Shown piece after piece: positions 12,421 to 25,600 of a stretch of 64,000 nt of DNA. The notes under the pieces are model-generated. The model was not told the DNA's origin, did not search any database, and saw only the letters and a list, made by a program, of their open reading frames with translations. The translations under genes were made by a program, and so were the position numbers. Each line of letters starts with the position of its first letter. The stretch's first letter is position 1. The DNA comes from Phoronis australis (taxonomy: Eukaryota > Animalia > Phoronida), in the NCBI GenBank assembly GCA_002633005.1, contig NMRA01000033.1:1354797-1418796 (forward strand), in the 5' to 3' direction.

Positions 12421-13029
12421 GTAAATACCTTAAATACTGCTGGGGGTAAATATGAGTAACTCTCATGTCTGTCATGAAATCTGTGATATTCATGATACAT
12501 ATATAATTCTTAGCACATTAGTTTGATAGTATTACTTATTGATATTGTTTCTTTGCTAGACAATTGTTTTTGTTTATAGAAACTTGTTTTGGCTGTCAGC
12601 TGAGTCACCGACCAACCCATCCGGTGCATCCACACATGTTTTGATGATCTCTGTAGTAAAGAAGATTGCGTAATGGTCATTCACAGAAACATTGCCTAAA
12701 GACAGCTGACCATTACCATATATGGCAAACACAACAGAATAGTTCAGATGATTGTTGTGAAAGTTCTTATAGTTGCTTCCTGTTTTTTCCTGTAGGATAT
12801 TGAATCATAAAGTTTAGTGCATGCAACCCACATATTTGTGACTTGTATATAAATCCGTTCACTTGTCTAATAAAGACAGTCCTCATCTTGCTACTGCCAG
12901 TTGTTTTACTAGTGTAATTGAGTGTTCCACACTTAGTTACTGAATACAACCATCTCGTTGACGGACCGAGACAGTCCACAACACAACACAACGCTGCTAC
13001 TAAGTCGAGTTAGTCTCCACTATTCTACT

Positions 13030-13300
13030 ACAATGTCGGAGCAAACATTTATATTGATTCGTCATACTCCAACTTAGCTGGTGGTTCTTTGAACGGTATT
13101 CAGAATCGCAACAAAGGCTTAATTACTGGAACTTGAAATAATGACATGATTGAGTCAACATATCATAACAATTTACAACTGACACAATGGTCAAAATAAC
13201 GTTGCATCATTAGATGCGAATAACACGTCATTACGCTACCTTGTGCCTGATAACTCAACTTGAGAGCGCCTTACGTTGTGGGGAATGCAGCTATGCTGCC
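13030..13300 (-). promoter_or_regulatory. Paralogous copy of the U1 upstream/promoter region with no U1 coding sequence attached
   Basis: Aligns by eye to 13960-14270: atgtcggag.aaacatt.atattg.ttcgtcat.ctcca..gctggtg.ttctttgaac, ..tgataactcaacttgagagc. Confidence 0.65.
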
Positions 13301-13605
13301 CATGCGCGCACCCAGCCTAAAGTGTAGGGGGGATCGAATTATTTTTCATTATGCGGACATTTTACTGAAAAAAACAACGAGAACTAAAAAAAAACGTAAA
13401 AAACAAAAAACGAGCCACAAGGTTCAGGCCAACGAATTGTGTATCCGCGCTGACTTCCTGTGGACTTTGGGGACTTTTGTCTCGTTTACTCGGACTTTTT
13501 GTGTCACTGAGGCGGACCTTTTTGACCAATTCGCCAAATTGGTGGGCTCGTTCGATGAAAAGATAAACGTGGAAGTTGTCGGTTTTAGTGCCGATGGGGC
13601 ATTTT
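13301..13605 (+). mobile_element. MITE family A copy (CATGCGCGCACCC terminus)
   Basis: Shares catgcgcgcacccagcct..ggacttttgtctcgtt..ggacctttttg with the copies at 24208, 46510 and 50545. Confidence 0.7.
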
Positions 13606-13784
13606 AACACCACACTGACAGCCAACAGGAAGGTAGTTTTGGGTATGCCTTTTGAAACAATGTTTCAAAGACATCACTTAAACCAACTGCATGCACTTAG
13701 ACAATGTGCTTGACCGTCATTTGGAAAACGGGAAGATTCATAGTACAAATGTTTGTGTTGTGGACTCATTTATTTTGTCATTTT

Positions 13785-13949
13785 CAGGGGATAGCGCGAA
13801 CGCAGTCCCCCACTATCACAAATTATGCACCCGAGTAACCCACATTTGGGGTTATCGCAGGCGTCAGCCCAATCGAAGTGCAATGAAAGGGCCTCTTCCT
13901 GGAGGTTCGGCCTTACTGATCACCGAAAACCTCTGTGCCAGGTAAGTAT
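13785..13949 (-). ncRNA. RNU1: U1 spliceosomal snRNA, copy 1
   Basis: Starts ATACTTACCTGG; loop I GATCAGTAAG; U1A loop ATTGCAC; Sm site AATTTGTG; 3' stem GGGGGACTGCGTTCGCGCTATCCCCTG; 165 nt. Confidence 0.97.
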
Positions 13950-13989
13950 GAGTAATTCTCATGTCGGAGGAAACATTAATATTGTTTCG

Positions 13990-14010
13990 TCATGCTCCAC
14001 GCTGGTGTTT
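13990..14010 (-). promoter_or_regulatory. Putative proximal sequence element (PSE) of U1 copy 1
   Basis: AACACCAG..ATGA lies at the same offset (CACCAG at -58..-53) upstream of both U1 copies, whose 5' flanks otherwise differ. Confidence 0.55.
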
Positions 14011-14509
14011 CTTTGAACAGTTTTCCCTACGATTGCAATAATGACTTAATAATTGGAACTTTAAATAATGAAATAAAAGTCCAGCCGAGTTTGCAGACCA
14101 ATGTATCAAGTGAACAATCGTCAAAATGAGATTGCAGCAAGTACTTAAAGGCTATTATCAAAATAAAATTAGATACGAAAAACTTGTCATTGCGCCACCT
14201 TCTGTCTGATGACTCAACTTGAGAGCACCCTCTATTCTATAAAACCCTCTGGGAAATGCAGGCATGCTGTCCGACTTTATTTTTAGATCACCAGATTTAT
14301 TAGCCTATGAAATATTCAAAATATCTCCACTCTGCATACAAAGGATATACTCTTTCGTACCGACGTCCATCAAAATAATCTGCCCTCTGCCATTTTCATG
14401 AATTGTTATACATCAGTGAAAATGAAAACAAACGCAATGCTAATTAGGTCAAGATTGGCTCGTTAATTTCAAATTTAAATTAAACTAGCTGCTGTAACAG
14501 TGACAAATG

Positions 14510-14660
14510 GGGTCATCCCGATGTGTCCCGGGTTCTATGTTTCCCGTTTTTTTGCATATCGGGGTTCTATGTGTCCCGGGATCTATATATCTAGTTATCT
14601 GCACGTCCTGAAACGGGATTCTTTGTGTCCTGGCTTCTGTGTGTCCCGGTGTGGTTGTTG
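14510..14660. repeat. Degenerate short-period repeat (tgtgtcccgggttcta), probably MITE-internal
   Basis: About 5-6 imperfect gtcccgg units. Confidence 0.55.
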
Positions 14661-15235
14661 TGATTGTCACACTGTAGAAAATGTCCCAGTTGCATGTATT
14701 TGAATGCCAGCATGCGGGTGCGTTATTCAGCGATTACTCGATTAATGTGTACTTCTACCCAAAAGATAAACGAATTAGTTTTAGAAGAACAGGCGCGGTT
14801 TTCAAGTGTTGACTTCAAGATGTGGCTTTTTGGTGATGTCCTCTGGGTTGAGTGTGTCGTCACCTTATTATCTAGAACGGTTAATGAGCATGCCGTTGGT
14901 TTACTCAGTTAGAAGGTTTAAATTTATCCATCCTGCCCTGAACTGATAGTTTGAAATTCTCACAGAATGCACATCGAAACTATCAGTCACTGAAGAAAAG
15001 GTTTCTGAAATTATTGGCGTAGGCCAACCACAAAATTGCGAAACGGAAAAGTGTGGTGTAAGAAATTATACAATGAAGTGGCGCTGAAGAGTTGAATGCG
15101 GCAGTTGCCCGTCTCTAAAATAATAATCTCCAGAAGGCTTTACGCACCCAAAGAATGTGCTTGACCTCAAAAACTCAAAAGTTGGAAGAATCGGCGAATC
15201 TGTGTTTTGTTTGGTTCTCATTTCTTTGTCATTTT

Positions 15236-15400
15236 CAGGGGATAGCGCGAACGCAGTCCCCCACTATCACAAATTATGCACCCGAGTAACCCACATTTGG
15301 GGTTATCGCAGGCGTCAGCCCAATCGAAGTGCAATGAAAGGGCCTCTTCCTGGAGGTTCGGCCTCGCTGATCACCGAAAACCTCTGTGCCAGGTAAGTAT
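15236..15400 (-). ncRNA. RNU1: U1 spliceosomal snRNA, copy 2
   Basis: Identical to copy 1 except for 2 nt in loop I (GATCAGCGAG). Confidence 0.97.
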
Positions 15401-15438
15401 GAGTTGATGCACCAGTCGCTCAATCTAGTACGTTTATT

Positions 15439-15461
15439 CTCATTGTACTATACTGGTGTTG
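15439..15461 (-). promoter_or_regulatory. Putative PSE of U1 copy 2
   Basis: AACACCAG with CACCAG at -58..-53, as in copy 1. Confidence 0.55.
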
Positions 15462-18400
15462 ACATGACGTATTCATGGTAGGATTTAATTCTTTCTGCAA
15501 CAATATATAAAATACATTTTAGAAGATATGCGTTTGCTCTTAGGACGTTAAACAAGAAAATTTGTTTCAAAAAGAAGATTTTCGTTTATAGCAAACACAA
15601 ATGTGTAATTAATAATCATAATGCACCCACTAAATATAGGTCACGTTCACTGCTCCCTAGTGTTAAGTAAAAGAACTAATTCAATGGCGTCCTGACGTAT
15701 ACAATATTTAGGCCTACAACCTTGCTTTAACTTGTGTAAATGCCTTTATGAAATACAATTGTGTATGTGTATTGAAAAAGACTGTGCCTTATTTATTCGA
15801 TACAGACCTATTACGTAATCGTCAGCTGTTAGCTGGATTTGCATTGGGATCAGCCCTTTGCCTGCGTTGCCCTTGCTGTGGAGACAAATTCAACACTTTG
15901 TCTTCATACACTGAGCTCTGGTTTATATCAGCGTCAATTAATTCGTTTTGGCGTAGATGATTACATAACAATTGTCTGGCCTTTGTGAAATCGTGCTGCC
16001 TGACTCAATCTCCGGTTGTAAATAATACGGAGGACAATGTCTTCCATTAACCGACGTACACGTTCGTCTCTAGAAAGTTACGTTTCAGGTGGCGGTGAGC
16101 ACAATCTACTTCTTTTCGGTAATCCTTCAGCTGCTGGTAGGCCTACATTGAAGCCTTGCTTTGTTGCACAATTAGCTCCGCTGTTTTTTGACGGACAGAC
16201 AGATAAACGAATAAATAGATATTTAGGCCTAATTTGCGATTGCTACCGAGCAATGTTTGTGTTTGTCGTTAAACCCAGCGTAAATAATAGCTGTGGTAAC
16301 CTGACATGATGTTGACTTGAAATAATAACGATAAAAAAGCCACTAACGTCGTACACAAACTCTTTGTCCCGGAATATTGCTTGCATTGTCTTAGTTGACT
16401 CGCGGGGGTGGGCTTTCCCACGAAAGGACTTCGTGCACCGGCGCCTTTCCCTCTTCGGCGGATATTTTTCCGTTTGGTACTAGACTACTAGATTTCTGAC
16501 GTGGGCTGCAGTTGGAAAATTAGGATTCCCGCTAGTAGATAATGGACGAGAAAGAAGGGAGTCTATTGTTTGTTGGGAGATTCTGTGAAATGGCCCTTTC
16601 CTTTTTTTCGTAAACATCACCTTATGTATAGTGCTTAATTCTATAAACCTGCCGCTTTCATAAAGTTTTTGAATTTTTTCAGTACCGAACTCCATAATCC
16701 CGCTTGATCCTATATAAAATCTCCCTGTAACACCGCGCAAGAAGACAACACTGGAAGAATAAATAAATGATTTGCAATAATATATAATATTGAAAACCGT
16801 AAATGAAAATGGAAACCGTTTGTAGGGCTTCCAACCTCGAAAGTATGCCCTTCTGTATAGAATTTTGCCAGAAAAGACATCATATCGTTGAGAATTTTGT
16901 CAGAAACCGGGCATCAGTAGGGTGGAAATTTTTGGTGAAAAAACTGCTAAGTGGCACGTTCAATATGTACTTCTCGTGCTAAGGGAGTATCCCTCTCCTC
17001 TCCGAGACATTTTTTCCTTTCAGACTATTGCCTTGTGTGACCATAGTGGTAATTACTATCTCGGTACAGGCTATAATTATTATTAGTTGGCCGGCATTAT
17101 AATATTTGATTGAGAGTCCTGTTGCCGGTGTCGATGTGTTGCGTTGAGTTTGAACTGCAACGGAGGCGATCTCGCTATCCGTCCAGGGATATTTTTAGGG
17201 CCGTGCCCCATGTAATTGGCGTAAAAATCATTGACACACGAGGTTAGCTTACCTCTGGTAACTGGCGTATTAAAATTGTGTCGGCAATCACGCCTTGTGT
17301 TGTCTTCCCGCGGAAGTACTTGTGTAGCAGTTGCAAAACATCCGATGAAAAACAGCGAATGACCAAAAAACAAACTCAGTGTAAGCGAGTTACGGAGCTT
17401 TCGAAAGGTCATGATGTGAAAAAAAATCAAGATTTTTGCGTTCCCTCAGTCGCAAATATTTTGCGTTCCCACGCAAAATTTTTGCGTTCTCCATAGATAT
17501 GTGGCTCTCTGGGTCAATATTGAGCACATTTTTCGGAAATGAACCCCGCCCGTCACTAATAGAGACCCACAGATTTGCTTTTTCTATTGTTCGTTCATTG
17601 TTTAAAGTGCCACAGCAACGTTGGTTAAATAAATGTTATTTCTAAACCGTCAATCGCAGTGCCAACAGTTAACGTAGTGCTTCACATATGCTTCGTATCC
17701 TAGTCAAAATAAATTACTGTTCAAACCGACTGCAGTGAAAACGCTGGACACAAGCAGGCTGAAATAAAAACACTGTCCTCATTGTCAGGTCGGTCAACAG
17801 GTGTTTACTACACAAGCCAAATCGCCTCAACTTAAAAGAGTGTACATATCGCGGTGTAAAACACACGGTGTAACTCGGCGGGCTTTCGTCGTGTACTGCT
17901 GTAAATAGTTGTTGGACCAATTGACAGTCAATGGATGTCGCAACGCTAAGCGTCCGTGAGGTGAGTGATTTAAGTAAGGCTTTAAATGTTTATGAGATAA
18001 CATCACCTCCAAAATGGCATTGTTATGTTCCATCATACATAGCCCCTTCCTCGAGAACTGCACGCGCGTCATCACTGGCAGTTTTTTTTCTTTTCAATAC
18101 AATTATTTTCAAAAGGGTTGCGTGTCTTTTCTCATGCACGGAACTGATTCTGCGAATACACACATACAGTTGCCATTGTACTTCAGTTGTTTGAATTTAC
18201 AGACATTTTTACTTTGTACTAAATACGTGTTTCCTGTCAGAGAGTGAAACAAAGCGCGGTCCATTGGGAGGAGACAGTGAATGGCAGTCATACAGAAAAG
18301 AATTGTTTCAACCAAATCAACTTTGTCCTGGAGAACACCTTAGCGGGCCGGGGGAAATGGGAATTTATTGACTACCGTTTATGAATGGATCTTTCCTTGA

Positions 18401-19439
18401 AATTCTTTGCTCAGGAGTTTGTGATTTAAATAACGTTGCTCTTCTTGTGATTTCTTGTTGAGCATACCATACATTCATTGTACATATATTAAAATAATCC
18501 GTTGATGCCGACCTCTTTAACGTTGTATTTCAAAAATATGCTCGTCATAATTTATTGATAGCCTACACTTCGTAATAATCCGGATAAGCGCTGAAAACAT
18601 GCTGAAATGTTGTTATCGTAAAAGGGCTATTATCGAAACCATGAACGCGTGAAATAGCATTAATTTATTTTCCAAATGCTTCATTCGAGTTTCTTCAGTA
18701 ACGGTCGTATTACGGTTTCCAAACACTTTTCTTTTGTTAGTAAACAATCTTATGGTATCGTTTTTCTATAGCTGATGTTAATTGTTATACACTTGCAGTA
18801 CTAATGAGGTCGAGAATGAATCAGTTCGGGATTATCTAAAGAATTACGTTGAATTCTTATCAATGATTTATCCTGTGTTAATGACCGTTTAATCTTACCA
18901 GACACGATCATCTGAACTCTGACGACTGGTCCCTGTGGTGTTTCACGCAAACGCCTTTTCATAAATAAGACTCCATCACTGATTCACATCACTAAGACAC
19001 AATTTACTGGGTAGATCAGGTCGTGTGAGAGAGGATTTTGACGGGGCGATTTAGTTTTAATATCCGACATGGTGTAACAAGCTAAATGGAGGCAGGTGCG
19101 ATACTAGAACTAAAAATAAACAATGAGCATTACATGCTGAACGCAAAAATAAGGTAAAGTGTTTTCTGAAACATTGATTACAAGAATTATCAGTTTCGCA
19201 GTGACGACATTTGATCAGTATTTAAATTCCTTGAAGATGTTTTTAACAAACAGGAGCTTTTAGGCATGTACAGCGTTTAGTTTTATTTGAGAGCAGACGA
19301 AAATTCGTCTTATGTGCTTCCAAGACACGCGTGTGCGTGATCGAGATTTCAAGCAAACATGTATTGTTATTGTTATTTTCAGGCACAGAAGTGACCAAGG
19401 ATATGACCTTTGACCAGTGCTGTGCTGAGTAGAAGAGTC

Positions 19440-19660
19440 ATGTTCTCCTCAAGCGAGCCGGGGCGCCCCTCCACGATGCCACATCCGTGCGTTTCTTTCA
19501 CAGACAATACTCAGTTCAGGGCACGCACGGCCCCGACACATGGCATGTTACCATCTCAATACCGAACACGGTTTTCTGCCAACCCAAGTTTTCGTGACAG
19601 AAATCAAGGAAGCAGGCATTCAGCATTCGATCACATTCCTCACATTCCTTGGATGCCAAG
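19440..19660 (+). CDS. Alternative first coding exon A (exon starts at acceptor 19383): MFSSSEPGRP...MLPSQ...IPWMP
   Basis: ttttcag| at 19382, AAG|GTAAAC donor, phase 2. A likely UTR exon ends GAG|GTGAGT at 17960. Confidence 0.7.
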
Positions 19661-22600
19661 GTAAACGGTTTTACTGAATTTCTATAGTTTTGATGCACTA
19701 CTGAGCCTATATGCAACTGATTTTTGCCTGTTTTCTGTTAAATACGTTTACACAGAATTTTACAACAAACGGCGTAATGTGATGTTAAGTTAAGTTAACT
19801 TGTCTCGTGAACATTTTTAAGCCTTGTTTGTGCAGTTGAGCTTATCCGTGTTATCCTCGTTGTTTTGATATTTGCGCGACTGAAACTTATATTCACACCA
19901 ATATTATCCACACGGAATTTCATAATTGTAAAAGCCAATCTCCAGATGTTTTACTATCAACACAAATTGGTGGTTTTCGACAGAAGGACACACCCTTGTT
20001 TTTTCTGCATTTTTGATACGTCGAATATCTTTCAGATCGTTTGCCTAAGTCACCTGACCAGATCTTGTTCACCTTAAATGTTTTCGCAAATCAATCATTT
20101 CATGTTTAAACACACTGGCGGCTTAATGGTTTTTTACATTAATATTTAATGTATATTTGCCAATGGCGTGATATAAGATTCCAGTGCGGGCGTGGTCGGC
20201 ATCCATTTACACGAAATACGCTTATGATGTAGACAGTTTAGTCAAATGTGATACATAGTATATGAGTGAGGCAATAGTGCCTTTGGTCTAACAAATATAC
20301 GATAGTACTAATACTGTCTCCATATTTCTCCATACGCGCTTCAAATGCACGCCAAATGTAGGAACCGATCGCGTGACGTAGCTCTGGTGGAATGTAGCTT
20401 TCCGAACGCCATGGTATAGGCGGATACAGGTGGGGCAAGGGGGTCCGGACCCCATTTCCCTTGATTTTAATGATATCAAATCTAGAATTTTCAGATAGTT
20501 GATCCAAACCCCCTTTTAAATAATCGTGGATCCGCCCCTGCATGCTTCTCTGTCGCGTTCATACAAGAAGAGATCATGTACACTGTAGTGAGTAACGATG
20601 TTGGCTTCCTTAATGAATTGATTGGATGTGAAATTATAGATTGGTTTTGGATTAACTAGTAACTTCTTGTTCTAAAGTTCCTTTGACATTGTTCAGTAAA
20701 GCTGGTTTGCTTAGGGTAACGATGCTTATTAGAGAGCGTGAACATTATTTTCGACATATTATTGTTGAAAACTAATTTTCGCTGCTAATGAAGCTGGCTG
20801 AAGAGTTTCGAGCTGCCATCGCGGGTAATAAGCCTGTATTTTTGTGCACAACTTCTGAAGTAGGCCAGTATCCTGCTCGTCTTGTTCCATGCTTAGATTA
20901 GAAATGATAGCTAGTTTTTATGTTGTTTTGTTTTTTGAGAAAAACTGACCGGCTGTTGTCTCAGACAACTAAGCTCATAAAGGTGTTTGTCGTGATGGGC
21001 TACTTTTCAGGATAAGAACACGACGTTGCGTTGAAGTAGCAAAAACGTCTGTGAAGAAAGTTGAGGTTTTCCCCGTGTTTCTAACAATGGGCACGTGGTT
21101 TATAGCGGTTGTTGACAGTCGTCGTTGACTTCGCACGCCTGGGCTGTAAGCGTGTCATGGAATTCTAAGGCTGTCAATATATTTCGTTATACGATACGCG
21201 GGTTTTCTCGTTAACGAGGCTTGTGAAGCGCCGTTCGAAGGGTTGACATTTCGGCGCTGAGTGCACCTATAACAATGTGTGTATTGAAGAGACTGTTCTG
21301 ATTGAGTGTTTGAACCAGGAAGGCATTGAATTTATGTGACAGAAATGATGGCAATCACCGTTTCTTTTTCAGAGAAATAAACAACCACTGAACGGTATTC
21401 ATTTTAGTATATCAATAACTCTGAAATGGTTGAGACTTTCACCATCCAAAAGGCTGAAAACCACAGGCAGCTGTTCAGACAGTTACTTTACCAGTTTCTT
21501 TTGTTAGTAAAGAATTTACCTCTTGTCGCCAAATTGTGAGGTTTGCTGAGCGTGGCGTCCTGCATTCTTAATACCCAAGAAGTGTAAGGCTAAAACGCGC
21601 CGTGTTTATGTTTCACATACCGACTTCAAATCGGAACTTATTTCCTTATTTGATGATGAGAATGATATTCATTGTAGAACTAAGTTAAACAGCGTTTTCA
21701 GCGCTACCGGCAACAGAATCGTTTTGGCTTACACAAAGGTTTAGGAGCTCTGCACGCATAGTGTTAGTCTCTACCAATAGGTGGCGGTGGGTATCCAATG
21801 GCCCTCGTTTAGTTGTCGGCAAAATGAGTTTCCATGCAATCCTTCCTGTGTGAAGGAACACGGAAGACGTGTAACTGTTGGCCATATAGCACGGTTTATA
21901 GTGTTTGAAATATGTTAGTATTTAAGTGCTATCAAGGTCATTTGTAAATTGAGTCACTTTTACCAGAGAGTTTGACATTCAAAACCAGTATTGCGTATAA
22001 CTTGCTTGTATTAAAAAGCGTATGTTTTCTTTGATACTTTATCTCTAGAAAAGAAAATTAACGCAATAAATTTTCTTGCTTCAGTTTTCAAAGTAGTCTT
22101 CTTGAGCACTGACATTAAATAGATAAAATAATTAAAATTACCTGAAAGATGCAATACTTTGCAACTCACCCTATGATAGTTTTCTGACCTTGCACTTTCC
22201 TGAAAAGTAAACTTCTAGTTCTTGAATTCTTATTGGAACTCAGTTAAACACGTGATATTTGCAATTTTTACGGAATAATTAATGATTCTGAAGTTTTGTA
22301 GTCAGTTTCAAGTTCAAAGTCAAGATACTTTTGTCGCTTTGTGCCATCACGGAGGTCTCGATGTGGAGACCTGAAGCTCGCCGATGTGACCTCTGGGTTT
22401 TGTTCGGCGGCCTGGTAAAAATCCGAAACCACCACGAAATCACCGTTTTTTTTTACTAGGATCCAAGTCGAAAGAAGACAGGAAAATAGGGATAAACTTG
22501 TAATTCGATGTGTCTACGGAACTCAGCCCCGTCTAGTCGACCACACAAGAAACGTTTTAAATAATTATTTTCATAATATAATACAAAATTGTTCCGACCC

Positions 22601-25600
22601 ATAACGTCACAGACGTTTTTAAACGATTGTGTCTCAATTAGGATCACTTAAAAATGATCCTAATTGAGACACAATCGGTTTTAGCTTAAGAGCCATAAAA
22701 GAGCTAATACGGTGGTGTTTTTGTGATTTTATTAAAAATCTTAAAAATCGCTGTTTTCTAACAAAGTCTGCCAGTCAAAAATTAATTGAAATCCAGGCGG
22801 TGACCTCATCAGTTGTTGGCCGACGCAGGCAGAGTGTGGGGCTGATCAAATATGACGTGAAATAGACCAAGGGCTAATCGGCTGAGTGTATGTGAGAAAA
22901 AGAGGAGAAAAACCTATTAAAGCACATTGGGAAAAAACTCTCTAGAAATCTCGCAGTGGACTCACATACGAGATGAGTTGAATATTTCCGGAAATACCAT
23001 GCTTTGTTACACAGCTTGACATTCTTGCTTACTTGTGAGTGATTCTAGGAGTAACTAAAATTATTTTTGAATAGCTTAGAATGCTTACAGTCTTTCCGAC
23101 TATTTAATTGACTGAAACAGTCACAGAGTCCCAACATTTCGTGAGGTCTCGGCTAGCCAGCGGCTGAAATATACAAAACTCGCTTTCAGTTCAGTCCTAA
23201 TGGCCAAATCTGCTTTGAAAACCCGACAACCTGGTAATTAGGACCCGTTAACGTGTGAATTATGTAAAGGTAACTATTACCGCGGTACAGCATTATTGTT
23301 GGCGTCATGCTTGGACCTTTCAACTAACGTGGTGCCTGAAGGTCATGTGGTTTAACAGACGAAAATGTCGAGGGTCATTAGTCTCTCAAAAATAAAAGTA
23401 AACGAATAAGGTATTCTCGGGAGAGACCTAAGCATTTTTATAAAAAAAAGCTCCGAACATCAGTTGAAGTGTTGTCTGCGATAAATTCGTGTAATCCAGT
23501 TCATTTAACTTCTGTTTCAATATCGCCGTCTCAGGAATGGTATAAACCAATTTACTACCGCGGCAAGGAAAATTTCGCATACAGTTTCAAAATCAGCCTC
23601 TTTCGGAGTTTAAGACTGTCAACAGGAACTGAAACTTTAACGTAATAATCGGTAAAATTGCCTTTTGATGACGTAGTTTGTCTGTTGATGGGCGGCCACG
23701 AACACATAATTGTCATTATCATTTTCTATTTCTAAAAAAATCTAACACCATGAACCAGTGTGCTGTTTAGTCAGTTTGACGAAAAGACACCTGGACGTCT
23801 TATGGCCTGAAGACGGAAATTGTTAATGCCGGTACCGGTATCTCGAAATTTTTTTTACCACATGAGAAGAAAAGGTTTGCATCTTGAACAGGATTTCATA
23901 GACCACTTGCAATATTGAAATAAAGCGGTCTGGTCTCGGAAACGTTCACGTTAGGGTGTGATACTAAGAGACATTATTGTTCTCAAGCGTATAATATCTT
24001 TCCTGATAGCAGCACCGGGTCGCGTTCGGCAGAGCAAGTTTTTTGCGGGAAAATTGAGATCACTCATGCTGTCGAAAGATGTCGCCATACAAGTGCCTAG
24101 TTGTATCTTAAGAAAACAAACTCGAACCTTTTGAACGAGAGTGAGCATTGAACGAGCGTGGTGTCCAGTACCGGTTTTGCTAACGAGACAACTTCTCTTT
24201 GTATGCTAATGCGCGCACCCAGCCTTTAATATGGGAGGGCTCGAATTTGCTGACAAAAAAGCGGGAAGACTAAAAAAAACGGGTTACCATCTTCACTGTG
24301 CGTCTGTGTCTTTTTAGTGGACTTTTGTCTCGTTTTCTCGGACTTTTTTTTCTCTGAGTTGGACCTTTTTGCCCACTTTGCCAAATAGGGGAGCTCACTC
24401 GAGCCCCCCCCCCCCCCCCCCCGGGTGCGCGCATGATGCTGATTCCGTAAGGACAACTTTCAAACGGTTTGTTTACCCGTAACAGAAATCTTGCGTAGAC
24501 TGCTCACAAACTAAGGTCGCAAGAGACGATTGTTGCTCTTCAAACTAATAGGCAGCCAATACGCTGATACAAGGAGTCAGTGTGGCCAAGTGTCATAGGT
24601 GCCCACTTTCTTACAAGCTGCTAGACCCTTGAGTCAGGTTTCTAGCTCCCCAGCTCGGATAAAACAAATATTATAAACACAAAAATGGTTCCAGGTGATC
24701 AGTGCAATGGGCCCACATGCGCGGCCTCCGCACGTCTGGTACAACGTGTACCTGCAATTATTTTACAGGCCATGTCTGCTTCAACCTACACCATTCACGT
24801 GTAACGATTAAAGGCATAGAATCCTATCATTCCGAACGAAAACAACTTCGATGGGCCTGGAGAAAGTGGTTTAACATCCAGACTGACTGATCAGTGATGA
24901 GAACATCCCGCATACACTAGCTACGGGTTTAGCTTGATATTTGGAAACGGCTTTGAAACAGTTTAAGGACACACGAACTTGCCCATTCCCAGTGGCGGAT
25001 TTAGGGGGAGCCAAGGCGACCGTGACCCCCCTCCCCAAAAAATTCTCCCAGATTCCCTTTGGCAGATCAGGGTGCGAATTGCTGACTAGGATATGCGCAC
25101 ACCCAGGGGGACTCGGGGGAGGTGATTGCATAATGCACAGGTCTTGAACAAACCCCGTTTTTTTTAGTAATAAAGTCCACAAACCCAAAAATTCGAGACC
25201 CCTTACATAGGGTGGGCGCGCGCATGAGGAAAATCCTGGTTATTCCTGTGCCCTGCCCCCGCCTTCCAACTCAAAATCCTGGATCCGCCCCTGATTTCTG
25301 CTTCCGCCTTCTACGCTTTCTCATCGAAAACACTGTACATTCTTTTGTGCGTAAAACCTTGTTAGGAAGCACTGAGTCGTGTGAAGGTTTTATAAAAGAT
25401 TTCGTAACACGAGAAATCCGTTACAATACGTTTGTTGATACACAAACGGCATACAAATACCGTTGTAATAGTTGTTCGTCTGTAAATTATTGTATTATGT
25501 GTATTGTATGTGTGTATTCCGAACTGTAAAATGCCCCCGAGTTTTAAAAGCTTCTAGACAAGCTATTACTGACGAACGAATACCAAGTGATGATAAAGGG

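Noticed and set aside
13691-15396. Duplicated small proteins SFSGDSANAVPHY...
   Set aside because: These are antisense translations of the U1 snRNA genes.
24576-24660. tRNA gene
   Set aside because: Only vague A/B-box similarity and no cloverleaf; at most a decayed SINE head.
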